The position numbers and the translations under genes were made by a program. DNA of 64,000 nucleotides. Origin: an uncultured Spirochaetota bacterium (lineage in GTDB: Bacteria; Spirochaetota; Brevinematia; Brevinematales; JAOACQ01). Below, piece by piece: positions 19,470 through 29,678 of the stretch. The stretch spans positions 288,001 to 352,000 of the forward strand of contig CAWAOD010000014.1 of assembly GCA_963783575.1 (NCBI GenBank), read 5' to 3'. Below the pieces are notes generated by a model. The model worked only from the letters and a program-made list of their open reading frames with translations. It was not told where the DNA came from and did no database searches. Each line of letters opens with the position of its first letter. Within the stretch, counting starts at the first letter, position 1.

Positions 19470-20144
19470 TTACCCCGATTTATGCCCCTGTTTCTGCAGA
19501 GCATATTTTACAAGTTCTTTAGAATTGTTAAAAATATAAATAATTTCAGGCTGTAAAATTCCAGCGCCAAGCAATACTTTTTCAGCCATTTCGTCACTGA
19601 TAAAGCCGCTTATTCCATGAGAATCCGTATCAATAACCATTTTTGCATTATGGGCTAATGCAAGCTTTGCCACATGGCCGTTGGTCAGGGAGTGCCCCTT
19701 CTTGGCCGTGATTTCGAGATGCACCCCGTTTTTATTTGCCAGTAGGGCTTCTTCTTCTGTAAGAAGACCCGGATGCCCAAGAATATCAACTTTAGCCCTT
19801 ATGGCGGCCATATTTGTACCTTTTCTCACCGGTTCGACAATAGTTTCTCCATGAACCACAACAATTGAAATGCCATGCCCCCTTGCATATTCGGTTAAAT
19901 CCCCTATTTCTTCAGGTAATACATGAGTCAGCTCTATACCTGAAAGGACCGTTATCTCATTCTGAAGATTATTCATATCAATTGCAAATTTAACCCCTTC
20001 CTTGCAAAGAATCTCAATATTGGAAGAATCTGTATGGTCTGTAATAGCTATGGCCTCATATCCTGCAATTAAAGCTCTTCTGATATGCTCGGCAGGAACA
20101 AGCTCCCCGTCGCTCCAGAGCGTGTGTGTATGCAAATCTATCAT
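19470..20144 (-). CDS. PHP-domain phosphoesterase
   Basis: DLHTHT.WSDG, AITDH, ILGHPG, DTDSH. Confidence 0.85.
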   Translation of the reverse strand: MIDLHTHTLWSDGELVPAEHIRRALIAGYEAIAITDHTDSSNIEILCKEGVKFAIDMNNLQNEITVLSGIELTHVLPEEIGDLTEYARGHGISIVVVHGETIVEPVRKGTNMAAIRAKVDILGHPGLLTEEEALLANKNGVHLEITAKKGHSLTNGHVAKLALAHNAKMVIDTDSHGISGFISDEMAEKVLLGAGILQPEIIYIFNNSKELVKYALQKQGHKSG

Positions 20145-20287
20145 AACTTCTCCATATTTTATTTCGGAAGTATAATATATTACTACTCGTTATTCCGAAT
20201 AAAATAACCTAATATATTACAGTAAAAAGCCAATTTTTGCAATCAAAAAGAAATATTGTGTAATATTGAAATTAGTAATTTAAATAT

Positions 20288-21457
20288 TTACGGTTTAAAT
20301 TGGCCTGCATAATGGCATGAAACAAGATGATCCTTCTCAATTTCAAGTAAAGGCGGAGTAATTATATCACAAATCCCTATTTTTGCGATCGGACAGCGCG
20401 GATGGAAAGAACAGCCCGGAGGTGGATTTAATGGGCTTGGAACATCACCTTTTAAAATAACCCTGTTTTTTTTAATTTCAGGGTCAGGTACGGGATTAGC
20501 CGACATTAAAGACACTGTATATGGGTGAAGCGGCTTTTTAAATAACTCATCGGAACCGGCTGATTCGGATATTTTTCCAAGATACATAACGGCGATACGG
20601 TTTGAAAGATGTTTAACAAGAGACAGATCATGTGAAATGAAGATATATGTTAAATCGAACTCTTTCTGCAGATCGCTTAAAAGATTGAGAATCTGAGCCC
20701 TTACTGAAACGTCAAGCGCCGACACGGCCTCATCGGCAATTATCATTTTCGGTTTTAAGGCTAATGCCCTTGCAATGCCGATCCTCTGTCTTTGCCCGCC
20801 GGAAAATTGGTGCGGATAACGTGTTAAATATTCGTTAGAAAGCCCTACTTTATCAAGCAGACCGGATACTATTTCTTCAATATTTTTAATATTATTGATA
20901 AATAAACCTTCGGCAATGATATCTTTTATTTTCATCCTCGGATTTAATGACGAATAAGGATCTTGAAAAATGATTTGAGCGTTTTTTCTGAAATATTTCT
21001 TTTTTTCATTCCCTCTTGTAAAAAATTCTTCCATCAGACCTGATGTTCCTTTTTTTAGATACAAAGCGGCGTAATTTCTGTCTGCTGCGGTTTCAAGATG
21101 TTCTAATATCATATCTTCCGTTTTAAATTCTTTTATTAATATCTTGAATCTTTGAACATAATGATTATTTATATAATTCTTTGCCCGCATTCCGGACATA
21201 AATAAAGGAGTAGTATCAATATCTTCGAAAAATATTTTTCCGGCAGTAGGATCAAATAGCCTTAAAATCGACATGCCAAGCGTGCTTTTACCGCATCCCG
21301 ATTCCCCGACAAGCCCTAAAGTTTCACCCTGGAAAACCTCCAGCGATACACCATCAACTGCTTTAACATGAGCAAATGTTCTTTTAAAAACACCTTTTTG
21401 AACCGGGAAGTGTTTTTTAATATTTTCTATCCTGAGTAAAGGTTTTCTTTTTTCCAC
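20288..21457 (-). CDS. oppF: Oligopeptide ABC ATP-binding protein
   Basis: GESGCGKST, YPHQFSGGQRQR, PPPGCSFHPRC. Confidence 0.9.
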   Translation of the reverse strand: MEKRKPLLRIENIKKHFPVQKGVFKRTFAHVKAVDGVSLEVFQGETLGLVGESGCGKSTLGMSILRLFDPTAGKIFFEDIDTTPLFMSGMRAKNYINNHYVQRFKILIKEFKTEDMILEHLETAADRNYAALYLKKGTSGLMEEFFTRGNEKKKYFRKNAQIIFQDPYSSLNPRMKIKDIIAEGLFINNIKNIEEIVSGLLDKVGLSNEYLTRYPHQFSGGQRQRIGIARALALKPKMIIADEAVSALDVSVRAQILNLLSDLQKEFDLTYIFISHDLSLVKHLSNRIAVMYLGKISESAGSDELFKKPLHPYTVSLMSANPVPDPEIKKNRVILKGDVPSPLNPPPGCSFHPRCPIAKIGICDIITPPLLEIEKDHLVSCHYAGQFKP

Positions 21458-22474
21458 TTAATTAATTTCCTTTTTCCTGATTTTATCTATTTCCTCAATA
21501 AGGCGGTCAATATGCCAGCAACGCGAAAGATGTCCGGTTTCAGCTTCAAACATCGCAGGATGTTCATCTCCGCATTTTTGTGTCGATAAAAAACAACGGT
21601 CTGAAAATTTGCATCCGGCCGGAAAGTTTGACGCGGAAGGAACATTGCCGGGAATAGACCATAATCTTTCACGTTTCACATCTATCCTGGTTATAGAGTT
21701 TATTAATCCCCAAGTATAGGGATGGAGGGGATTTTTATAAATCGATTTTGTCAGGCCTGTTTCCATCTCTTCTCCGCCGTACATTACGATTGCCCTATCG
21801 GTAATTTCAGCGATAATACCAAGATCATGAGTGATAAAAATTATAGCCATCCCATACTGGTTCTGCAAATCCTTCATAAGTTCGAGTATCTGCGCCTGAA
21901 TGGTTACATCAAGTGATGTTGTCGGCTCATCGGCAATAAGTATCGCCGGATTGCATGATAAAGCCATCGCTATCATAGCCCTCTGCCGCATCCCTCCGGA
22001 TAATTCATGAGGATACCGGCCAAGACATTTTCCGGGTTCCGGTATTCCGGTTTTCCTGAGTAATTCTTCGGCCTTATCCCTTGATTCTTTTTTACTCATA
22101 CCAAGATGGAGTTCCATCGGTTCCTGTATCTGAAAACCGACGGTAAACACAGGATTCATAGCAGTCATCGGTTCCTGAAAAATCATCGCTATTTCTTTAC
22201 CCCGTATCTTCTGCATTTCATGATCTGTTAATTTAACTATATCACTGCCTTTATAAATGATTTCACCGCTTTCAATAAAACCGTTTTCATCAAGGATGCG
22301 GAGGATACTTAGTGAAGTAACGGATTTCCCTGATCCCGATTCGCCTACTATCCCAAGAGTCTCTCCCCTGTGCAGATCGAAGTCTATGCCGTTCACTGCT
22401 TTGATAATACCGGCGTCGGAATTGAAATAGACTTTTAAGTTTCTAACACTCAATAAAATGTCTTTATCTTCCAT
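21458..22474 (-). CDS. oppD: Oligopeptide ABC ATP-binding protein
   Basis: GESGSGKS, YPHELSGGMRQR, DEPTTSLDVTIQAQ. Confidence 0.92.
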   Translation of the reverse strand: MEDKDILLSVRNLKVYFNSDAGIIKAVNGIDFDLHRGETLGIVGESGSGKSVTSLSILRILDENGFIESGEIIYKGSDIVKLTDHEMQKIRGKEIAMIFQEPMTAMNPVFTVGFQIQEPMELHLGMSKKESRDKAEELLRKTGIPEPGKCLGRYPHELSGGMRQRAMIAMALSCNPAILIADEPTTSLDVTIQAQILELMKDLQNQYGMAIIFITHDLGIIAEITDRAIVMYGGEEMETGLTKSIYKNPLHPYTWGLINSITRIDVKRERLWSIPGNVPSASNFPAGCKFSDRCFLSTQKCGDEHPAMFEAETGHLSRCWHIDRLIEEIDKIRKKEIN

Positions 22475-23799
22475 TACAACCTCATTTTCGGGTCAAAAAT
22501 ATCCCTCAGCGCGTCCCCGACAAGATTCCAGGATAATACAAAAAAGACCATTATCGTACCGGGAAAAAGAATTGTAAACCAGTACTGGAAAGGATTTGAA
22601 CCGCCGCTGAGCATCCAGTTCCTTCCGTAAGAGAGTATCGATCCCCAGTCCGCGTAACCCTGGGGCGCCCCGATTCCAAGGAAGCTCAAGGCAGCGGCTG
22701 TTATGACTATTGAACCTATCCGCATTGATGCGAGCACAATTACAGGAAATATAGAATTCGGCAGGATATGCCGGATGATAATCATCCAGCCCGGAGTTCC
22801 CAGAGCCCTGGAAGCCAGAACATACTGCTCATTCTTTGTCTGGAGGATATTTCCACGGATAAGACGCGCGGTACCCATCCAGCCGAATATGATCAGTGAA
22901 AAAACAACCTTGTCAAGACCGGTGCCAAGAATTGTTGTCAGGACAATTGCGGAAAGGGTGTATGGTATTGACAGGAACATATCGACAATCCTCATAAGGA
23001 TTTCATCCAGCCATCCGCCGTAGTAAGCGCAAATCGACCCCACAAACAAACCTATTATTGTTGAAACAAACGTGACAAGAATCCCAATTTTAAAAGCGTT
23101 CTGGGTTCCCCAGACAACGCCGTAAAAAATATCCCGTCCGTTGCATATGCCGAAAGGATATTTTATGGTCGGCGGCTGAGGCTCCGTTATCCATGTAACA
23201 ATTGGCATAAGATACGGATCAAAATTCATCATTTTCCTGTATATATTTTCCATCCGGTTGTAAACCCGGATTGCTTTTATCCGGAATTCACTCTCAGTTT
23301 GATTATCAAGCCCCGAAATTAATTTTGCCGCTTCCGCGGATTGAACTGTCCTCATGGCATATTTGGCGATTTCGGCTTTCAGATCGTCTATAGCCTGGCG
23401 GCGGTTTGTCTGCCAGTTTTGTAAATAAGACTTGTCAAGTACAAAATTATCAACAAGTTCCTGAAGATTGGTTAATAAAACCGTTTCAACAACGGCGGAT
23501 TTACTGTAAGTTTTAATTTCGCTTCCCAGCAGCTGCATGGAGTTATTATTAGAAACATAATATTCAAACATTGAAGCATTGAATTCACGGAAGGCCTGCA
23601 TTATTTCAGTCATACCGGCTTTATCGGCGATTAACTTTTTTGCCTTAACCAAAGAAGGTTCCTGCTGGAACTTAAATGGCGAGATTAAAGGCGCCAATAT
23701 CCCGATAAAGATGAATAATATCAAAACTATCAGGCCGAACATTGCCGAGGAATTGTTTCTGAACTTACGGATAATATTAAGCCATTCTTCTCTATTCAT
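22474..23799 (-). CDS. oppC: Oligopeptide ABC permease with large insertion
   Basis: YVLASRALG..IIIRHILPN, LSFLGIG, NLVGDALRDIFDP. Confidence 0.9.
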   Translation of the reverse strand: MNREEWLNIIRKFRNNSSAMFGLIVLILFIFIGILAPLISPFKFQQEPSLVKAKKLIADKAGMTEIMQAFREFNASMFEYYVSNNNSMQLLGSEIKTYSKSAVVETVLLTNLQELVDNFVLDKSYLQNWQTNRRQAIDDLKAEIAKYAMRTVQSAEAAKLISGLDNQTESEFRIKAIRVYNRMENIYRKMMNFDPYLMPIVTWITEPQPPTIKYPFGICNGRDIFYGVVWGTQNAFKIGILVTFVSTIIGLFVGSICAYYGGWLDEILMRIVDMFLSIPYTLSAIVLTTILGTGLDKVVFSLIIFGWMGTARLIRGNILQTKNEQYVLASRALGTPGWMIIIRHILPNSIFPVIVLASMRIGSIVITAAALSFLGIGAPQGYADWGSILSYGRNWMLSGGSNPFQYWFTILFPGTIMVFFVLSWNLVGDALRDIFDPKMRL

Positions 23800-23807
23800 T
23801 AAAAATC

Positions 23808-24845
23808 CTAACTTAATCGAATTCTCGGGTCTATAACGGCATAGCTTATATCTACGATCAGGTTGCCGAAAATTAATATAAATGACGAGAAAACCAGACA
23901 GCCCATTATAGAGGCGTAATCAAGCTGCCTTGCCGCCATTGCGGCAAAACTTCCCAGGCCGGGACGGTTAAAAACCGTTTCAACAATAATCACTTCCATA
24001 AAAAGGCCGATGATTGTCTGGCCTGCGACTGTCGCTACAGGAATAAGGGCATTCCTCCTTGCATGAACAAAAATTACCGTATGCTCTGATAGCCCTTTGG
24101 CCCTGGCAGTTCTCACATAATCTTTCTGCAAGACCTCAAGCATAGCTGAACGTGTTATCCTCAGTAAATAAGCCCACCACAGGTATGATAAAGTTATTAC
24201 CGGCCCGATTATATGGCGGAGATCGTCCCACAAAATATCAAGCCTGCCGTTCAGGATGGAATCTATAGTAATAATGCCCGAAAAATGCCTGAAACTGCCG
24301 GATCTTAAAACCTCTTCGGCCCAGTTGCTGAGAAGCCCCGGCGGGAACCATCCCAGAAACAGGTAAAACAGCATTAACACCAGAATACCGAAGACATAAT
24401 CGGGAAAAGACCAGCCTACAATCGCGAAAATCCTTATCGATTGATCGAGAGCTGAATTGTGATGTACCGCGGATTTTATTCCAAGCCAGATCCCGATACC
24501 GATGATAGGTATTATTGAATAAAGCGCCAATTCCAGAGTGTATGGAAGCCTGTGAACCAGGGCATCGAGAACCGGCTCCTTTCCGACCAGAGACCATCCC
24601 AGATCTCCCCTGACGGTATTTCCAAGCCATTTACCGTAGCGGATGACAAACGGGTCGTTTAAACCGTATTTTTGTTTGATCTTTTCAAGGTCATCGGACG
24701 ATAATGTCCTGAGCATGTTTTCATTGACATAAGCCGCCAGAAGTTTATCCGGGCCGAGAACCTGGATCATCGAGAACATTATTATAGTTACCCCGAGCAT
24801 AATGACCGGTAAAATCAGAAGCCTGCGGATTATATAAGAAGTCAA
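23808..24845 (-). CDS. oppB: Oligopeptide ABC permease
   Basis: YIIRRLL, DYVRTARAKGL, VDISYAVIDPRIR. Confidence 0.92.
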   Translation of the reverse strand: MTSYIIRRLLILPVIMLGVTIIMFSMIQVLGPDKLLAAYVNENMLRTLSSDDLEKIKQKYGLNDPFVIRYGKWLGNTVRGDLGWSLVGKEPVLDALVHRLPYTLELALYSIIPIIGIGIWLGIKSAVHHNSALDQSIRIFAIVGWSFPDYVFGILVLMLFYLFLGWFPPGLLSNWAEEVLRSGSFRHFSGIITIDSILNGRLDILWDDLRHIIGPVITLSYLWWAYLLRITRSAMLEVLQKDYVRTARAKGLSEHTVIFVHARRNALIPVATVAGQTIIGLFMEVIIVETVFNRPGLGSFAAMAARQLDYASIMGCLVFSSFILIFGNLIVDISYAVIDPRIRLS

Positions 24846-24862
24846 TGGATCCTCCGGTTTCG

Positions 24863-26752
24863 TTAAATTGATTTTGATAACTGGATGTATTCGAAGAAAT
24901 CAGATCCCCTCATAGGATTGCTGATAAAACCCTTTATCCTATCATTCATAAGATTCATTCCTATATTAAGATAAAGCGGTAAATTGACCCCGTCAGCATT
25001 AACAATCTGCTGAATTTTAATATAAAGATCAGCTCTTTTTGCTTCATCCAGGGTTGTTGAAGCTTCGTTAATAGCCTCATCAAGGCTTTTTCCGCCGAGA
25101 GGCGGTATCTTTGAGGATGCGTATTTTTTGTAATCATCGCCGTAGAATCTTCCATAATCTCCGTAAGAACTGTAATATGTATAAATGAAATTATTCGGGT
25201 CCGGGTAATCCGCCTGCCACCCTATAACGTAAAAGGGCATTGTCCTGTTCTTTTGAGCATCCAGGTACGTCGGCCAATCGACCCCTCGGACATCCACCTG
25301 GAATTTCGGATTAATCTTCGCCAGATTGTTGCGCATCATTTCAGCAAGTTTCTGCCTTGTATCGTTTCCATTATTATAAAGCAAGATCATTTTAAAACCA
25401 GCGCTCCACAACTTTCCCTTAAAGGCCTTTTTAAAATAATCCGAAGCCTTATTTAAATCAAATACATATTTCGGTATTTTTTCACTGTAACCGATGAAAG
25501 TATCGGGCAGGCAAGTTCCGATCCTTTTACCGAGCCCATGCAGGACGTCTCTAATGAATGTGTCCGCGTCGTAGGAATAGATAAACCCGAGCCGCACATT
25601 CTTATCCGAAAAGAAATCGGGAGGAATACCGTCGCCATCAAGTTTCCCGCTGCCTATATATTTGGAGTCCGGATTTACGTTCCAGGTTGTTTGAACTGCT
25701 GTTAGGCTCATGGTTGTTAGATTTTCATTAAGAACCGTTCCTTTTTTGCCTTTTACCTGGTCTATATATTGGGGGTCAACATAGATGATATCGGCCTCCC
25801 CTTTTTCCAGCATTGCAAGCCGGGTTGACCACTCGTCGACTCCCTGAATTATAATTCTTTTAACGGAGGCAGGACCCTTCCAGTAATTTTCATTCCGTTC
25901 GAGGGTTAGTTTTTTCTGCGCCCTGTCCCAGCTGATCAATTTGTACGGGCCGGAACCCATGGCGGCAGCATAAAGCGATGAATCTTCCTTTTTCATATTA
26001 TGTGTTTTCCACCATTCTTTTGATGTTCCATCCCACATGCCTTTCTGCTTTATGCAGCAGTTTTTATCAAGGATAGCTGAAAAAGATGCGTACTGAGCCA
26101 TAATATTTAAAAATGGCGGAAATACCTTTTTAAGATGAAATATAACCAAGTCACCTTTAACTTCAACTACCGGTTCAATAATATCTCTGTAAAAACTTTC
26201 CAGTTTGTCGGTATATTGAGGCTTCACATTACCTTTATCATCAAAGATTTCATTCCAGGGTTTACCAAGATATTTTTCAACCATAGGCTCAAGGCCGTTT
26301 GAATTTAACAATGGGTCGAAGAATATCCAGGTAGGCCCGCCTAGCGGAGAAAAGACAAGCGCTCTTCTAAAGGAATACGCCACATCCTCGGCAGTTAAAT
26401 CATCCCCGCTCCAGAACTTTATTCCTTTTCTTATTTTAAATATATAAGTTTTTCCACCGTCTTTTATACCGCCGTTTTTTATCGTCGGTACTTCAAGAGA
26501 AACTCTCGGCAGGAATTCTTTTACGCTTGAGCCTTTGTATTCGAGGAGCATATCATACATATTTAAAATTACTTCAGCGCCTGCTGTTTCATAATCAAAA
26601 TGGGGATCAAGCGAATCCGGTTCGCCGATTGTCAGATTAACTATTGTATCCTGTCCCGTTTTGCTGAAGATATTTGAAAAGGATGTAGTAAATATTAAAA
26701 TCGAATAAATAAAAATTACACCAGATATTTTAAAATTTCGAAATTTTCTCAT
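24863..26752 (-). CDS. oppA: Oligopeptide ABC substrate-binding protein
   Basis: EPDSLDPH, LTAEDVAYSF, GSGPYKL, GWQADYPDP. Confidence 0.9.
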   Translation of the reverse strand: MRKFRNFKISGVIFIYSILIFTTSFSNIFSKTGQDTIVNLTIGEPDSLDPHFDYETAGAEVILNMYDMLLEYKGSSVKEFLPRVSLEVPTIKNGGIKDGGKTYIFKIRKGIKFWSGDDLTAEDVAYSFRRALVFSPLGGPTWIFFDPLLNSNGLEPMVEKYLGKPWNEIFDDKGNVKPQYTDKLESFYRDIIEPVVEVKGDLVIFHLKKVFPPFLNIMAQYASFSAILDKNCCIKQKGMWDGTSKEWWKTHNMKKEDSSLYAAAMGSGPYKLISWDRAQKKLTLERNENYWKGPASVKRIIIQGVDEWSTRLAMLEKGEADIIYVDPQYIDQVKGKKGTVLNENLTTMSLTAVQTTWNVNPDSKYIGSGKLDGDGIPPDFFSDKNVRLGFIYSYDADTFIRDVLHGLGKRIGTCLPDTFIGYSEKIPKYVFDLNKASDYFKKAFKGKLWSAGFKMILLYNNGNDTRQKLAEMMRNNLAKINPKFQVDVRGVDWPTYLDAQKNRTMPFYVIGWQADYPDPNNFIYTYYSSYGDYGRFYGDDYKKYASSKIPPLGGKSLDEAINEASTTLDEAKRADLYIKIQQIVNADGVNLPLYLNIGMNLMNDRIKGFISNPMRGSDFFEYIQLSKSI

Positions 26753-26932
26753 AATAACCCTCTTTTATTCAATTTTAATATTGACATAAGTTTTAGATCA
26801 AATAAGTTGTTAAATTAAAACTACGAAAGGTTTCTATACTAAAGCCTTTACACCATAATTATTGAGTATATTTTCTATTAACCGGGGGTTTTTGTCAATA
26901 TATGTCAAATATAACCGGAATTTATTAATTAC

Positions 26933-28543
26933 TTAAATAATCTTGTAGAAATCTTTAGAAATTCCTATCTTCAAATTCTCATCAAATTCAACTATTCCCC
27001 TATTCTTTAAAGAATCAATTATTTCAAAATATGATTTAATATCAAGGCCTGAAAGTGCTCCATAACCTTTATTAACTGAGTCGCTGGTTTTATACCCGAT
27101 TATTATCTCTCTAAAACGGTCTATATCAAACTTATTATTAGGAGAAAAACAGGAAATCAATTTTTTTTCAATTTGATCCAACTTCTTTTTATGAAAACCG
27201 GCTTTCTTTTCAAGGCAATAATCGCATATTCCGCAATCTTCTCCGGCTTCGCCGAAATAATGTCTGATAAATCCTGTTCTGCAAGATGAAGATGAAATGA
27301 AACGTTTCATTACAAGTACTTTTCGGAAGGCAATATTTCTTTTTTTCAAATATGCATTCCTGAATTTTTTTATATTTTTAGGTTCATCAATTCCAAGCAT
27401 ATTACTTAAATTATCAATTTTGTCTTTTTCAACATCTTTTAAATCTTTCTTGTTGAATAAATTTATAATATCTTTCCATTCGGGATAGAAATCCGAAACT
27501 ATTGAATTCAATCCTTTATAATCAGTAAGATGTACTAATATTTCCGCTTCCGATACCTGACCGTCCCTTCCTGCTCTTCCTATTTCCTGATAGTATTCTT
27601 CTATTTCGATAGGAATATCAAAATGAAAAATTTTCCGGATATCTTTTTTGTCTATTCCCATACCAAAAGCCGATGTTGCAATAATAATATTTTTCCTGCC
27701 GCTAATGAATAAATCCTGATTGGCTTCCCTTTCTAATTTTGTTAAACCTGCATGGTATATCGTACTTGAAAATCCGCTGGATTCAAGCAGATAGGACAGA
27801 TTATTACACATATACTTCGATGTTGTATAAATTATTGTGCTATTTTCATAATCCAGCCTATTCAGCAGATATTTTATTTTATTATCAATAAAGCTTACCG
27901 AAATTTTAATATTTTCCCTGAATGAGCTTTTCTTGAAGATTACCGGATTCTTCAGATACAGATGCCTGATTATATCCTCTGTTATTTCGGGAGTCGCCGT
28001 TGCAGTAAAAGCTGCTGTAACCGCTTCTGGAAAATGTTTTAAGAAAAGGTGGATTTTCAAGTAAGAAGGACGGAATGTATTACCCCAGAGTGATACACAG
28101 TGGGCTTCATCAACAGCAATAAGTGATACCTTAATCCCTTTATGAATCAATATCATTGAAAATTCAGGATTGATAAGCCTTTCAGGTGTTAAATACAGAA
28201 TTTTTAAATTTTGTAAATTATCGATTACATTGTTTATTTTATTTGCAGTTCTTGAAGATGAAAGATAATCGCATGACTCAATATGTCTTTCTTCACGAAG
28301 GGTTCTAATCTGATCCTTCATCAGTGATATAAGCGGTGTTACAACTAATGTCAGTCCTTCTAGCATAAGCGCGGGAATCTGAAATGTGGCGGACTTTCCC
28401 CCGCCTGTTGGAAATATAGCGACGGTATCTTTATGATCAAGAATGCTTTCAATGACATCGAGCTGGAATTCACGGAACTGTAAAATATTAAAAGATTCTC
28501 TTGCGATTTTATAAATATTCTGTAATTGAATTAATTTATCCAA
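26933..28543 (-). CDS. recQ: RecQ-family DNA helicase
   Basis: PTGGGKS, VDEAHCVSLWG..FRPSY, TATAT, YYQEIGRAGRDG, CR..CGICDYC. Confidence 0.92.
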   Translation of the reverse strand: MDKLIQLQNIYKIARESFNILQFREFQLDVIESILDHKDTVAIFPTGGGKSATFQIPALMLEGLTLVVTPLISLMKDQIRTLREERHIESCDYLSSSRTANKINNVIDNLQNLKILYLTPERLINPEFSMILIHKGIKVSLIAVDEAHCVSLWGNTFRPSYLKIHLFLKHFPEAVTAAFTATATPEITEDIIRHLYLKNPVIFKKSSFRENIKISVSFIDNKIKYLLNRLDYENSTIIYTTSKYMCNNLSYLLESSGFSSTIYHAGLTKLEREANQDLFISGRKNIIIATSAFGMGIDKKDIRKIFHFDIPIEIEEYYQEIGRAGRDGQVSEAEILVHLTDYKGLNSIVSDFYPEWKDIINLFNKKDLKDVEKDKIDNLSNMLGIDEPKNIKKFRNAYLKKRNIAFRKVLVMKRFISSSSCRTGFIRHYFGEAGEDCGICDYCLEKKAGFHKKKLDQIEKKLISCFSPNNKFDIDRFREIIIGYKTSDSVNKGYGALSGLDIKSYFEIIDSLKNRGIVEFDENLKIGISKDFYKII

Positions 28544-28588
28544 AAGTTATCTCCCATAAATATACGGAAGTTTATTTGACAAAGAATT

Positions 28589-29650
28589 TCATGATTGAAA
28601 AAGATATTTGAAAGTCGTATCGATTAAATCCATTAATTCGGGATCGAATTTGCTTTTTTCCATCCTGAGTCTTGATATATATTCTCTATAAGGGCGCTGT
28701 TTGTAAGACCATTCGCCGGCCAATATCAATTCAAAATAACTGCAGATACATATCATTTTTCCTAGAAAGGAAATGTCTTCACCGGAAATGCCTTTCGGGG
28801 TACCGGTACCGTCATAAAATTCCTCATGCTCGACAATCCCTCTTAATACTTCATCATGAAGCTCATGTTTACTGTTTTCTGATAACACATATTTATAAGA
28901 TTCGATAGGATGAAGCTGAAAAGTGCCGGTTTTACTTTCATTGATGTCTATTCTTTTCTTCTCAACAATCCAGGCTTCATATTTTAATAGTCCTATATCA
29001 TGCAGAAGGGCTGAATATATAATATTTTCAAGCATTTTAGCGTCTATCATACCTGATAATATTTTTATCGCATAGGAATGAAATGTTATCATAGCTATAA
29101 AGCATGTATTTACCGAGTGTTCGAATAATTTTTTTGAAAAGGATTTAATCTGGGAAAGTTTCCAAACAATATAGTCGCTTTGAGTTAAAACCGATTTCAA
29201 ATATTTTATAACAAATCCCTTTTTTTCATCTGAGAGATTTTTAAAAGTTTCGGATTTATCAAAAAGCGATAATAAATAACTTACCCATTCTATTCTTTTT
29301 TCTTCTGCAATATAATGGGGAACTGTTGTTCTTACCCTTACAAATATATTCAATTTCTCAGGGCATCTTTCCCTTATCTTGGCTATATCTTTTTCTGCCA
29401 GAACTTTCTCTGATCCGATCAAAATGTTCATTTTCGAATCCTGAAAAGGTTCCAGAAGCATTAAACTTTTACCTTTCCTAATCTCTGATTCTATTGCGTC
29501 AATCGTCAGCAAAAATTCTTCCATCAAAACCTCCGGTACAATTAATACATGCGCGCCCCTGGATGCCAATAATTTTGGTGTCCTGATTATTCTGTATTTA
29601 TAATTTCGCAACTTTGCGAAAATTATATTGCTGTGGGAAAGTTTATTCAA
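28589..29650 (-). CDS. HD-GYP-like domain protein (degenerate GYP)
   Basis: EHSVN, ALLHDIG, HP, EHEEFYDGTGTPKG, FDPEL; start uncertain. Confidence 0.7.
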   Translation of the reverse strand: MNKLSHSNIIFAKLRNYKYRIIRTPKLLASRGAHVLIVPEVLMEEFLLTIDAIESEIRKGKSLMLLEPFQDSKMNILIGSEKVLAEKDIAKIRERCPEKLNIFVRVRTTVPHYIAEEKRIEWVSYLLSLFDKSETFKNLSDEKKGFVIKYLKSVLTQSDYIVWKLSQIKSFSKKLFEHSVNTCFIAMITFHSYAIKILSGMIDAKMLENIIYSALLHDIGLLKYEAWIVEKKRIDINESKTGTFQLHPIESYKYVLSENSKHELHDEVLRGIVEHEEFYDGTGTPKGISGEDISFLGKMICICSYFELILAGEWSYKQRPYREYISRLRMEKSKFDPELMDLIDTTFKYLFQS

Positions 29651-29678
29651 TATATCAGCGCTGTGTATGATAGCTTAT

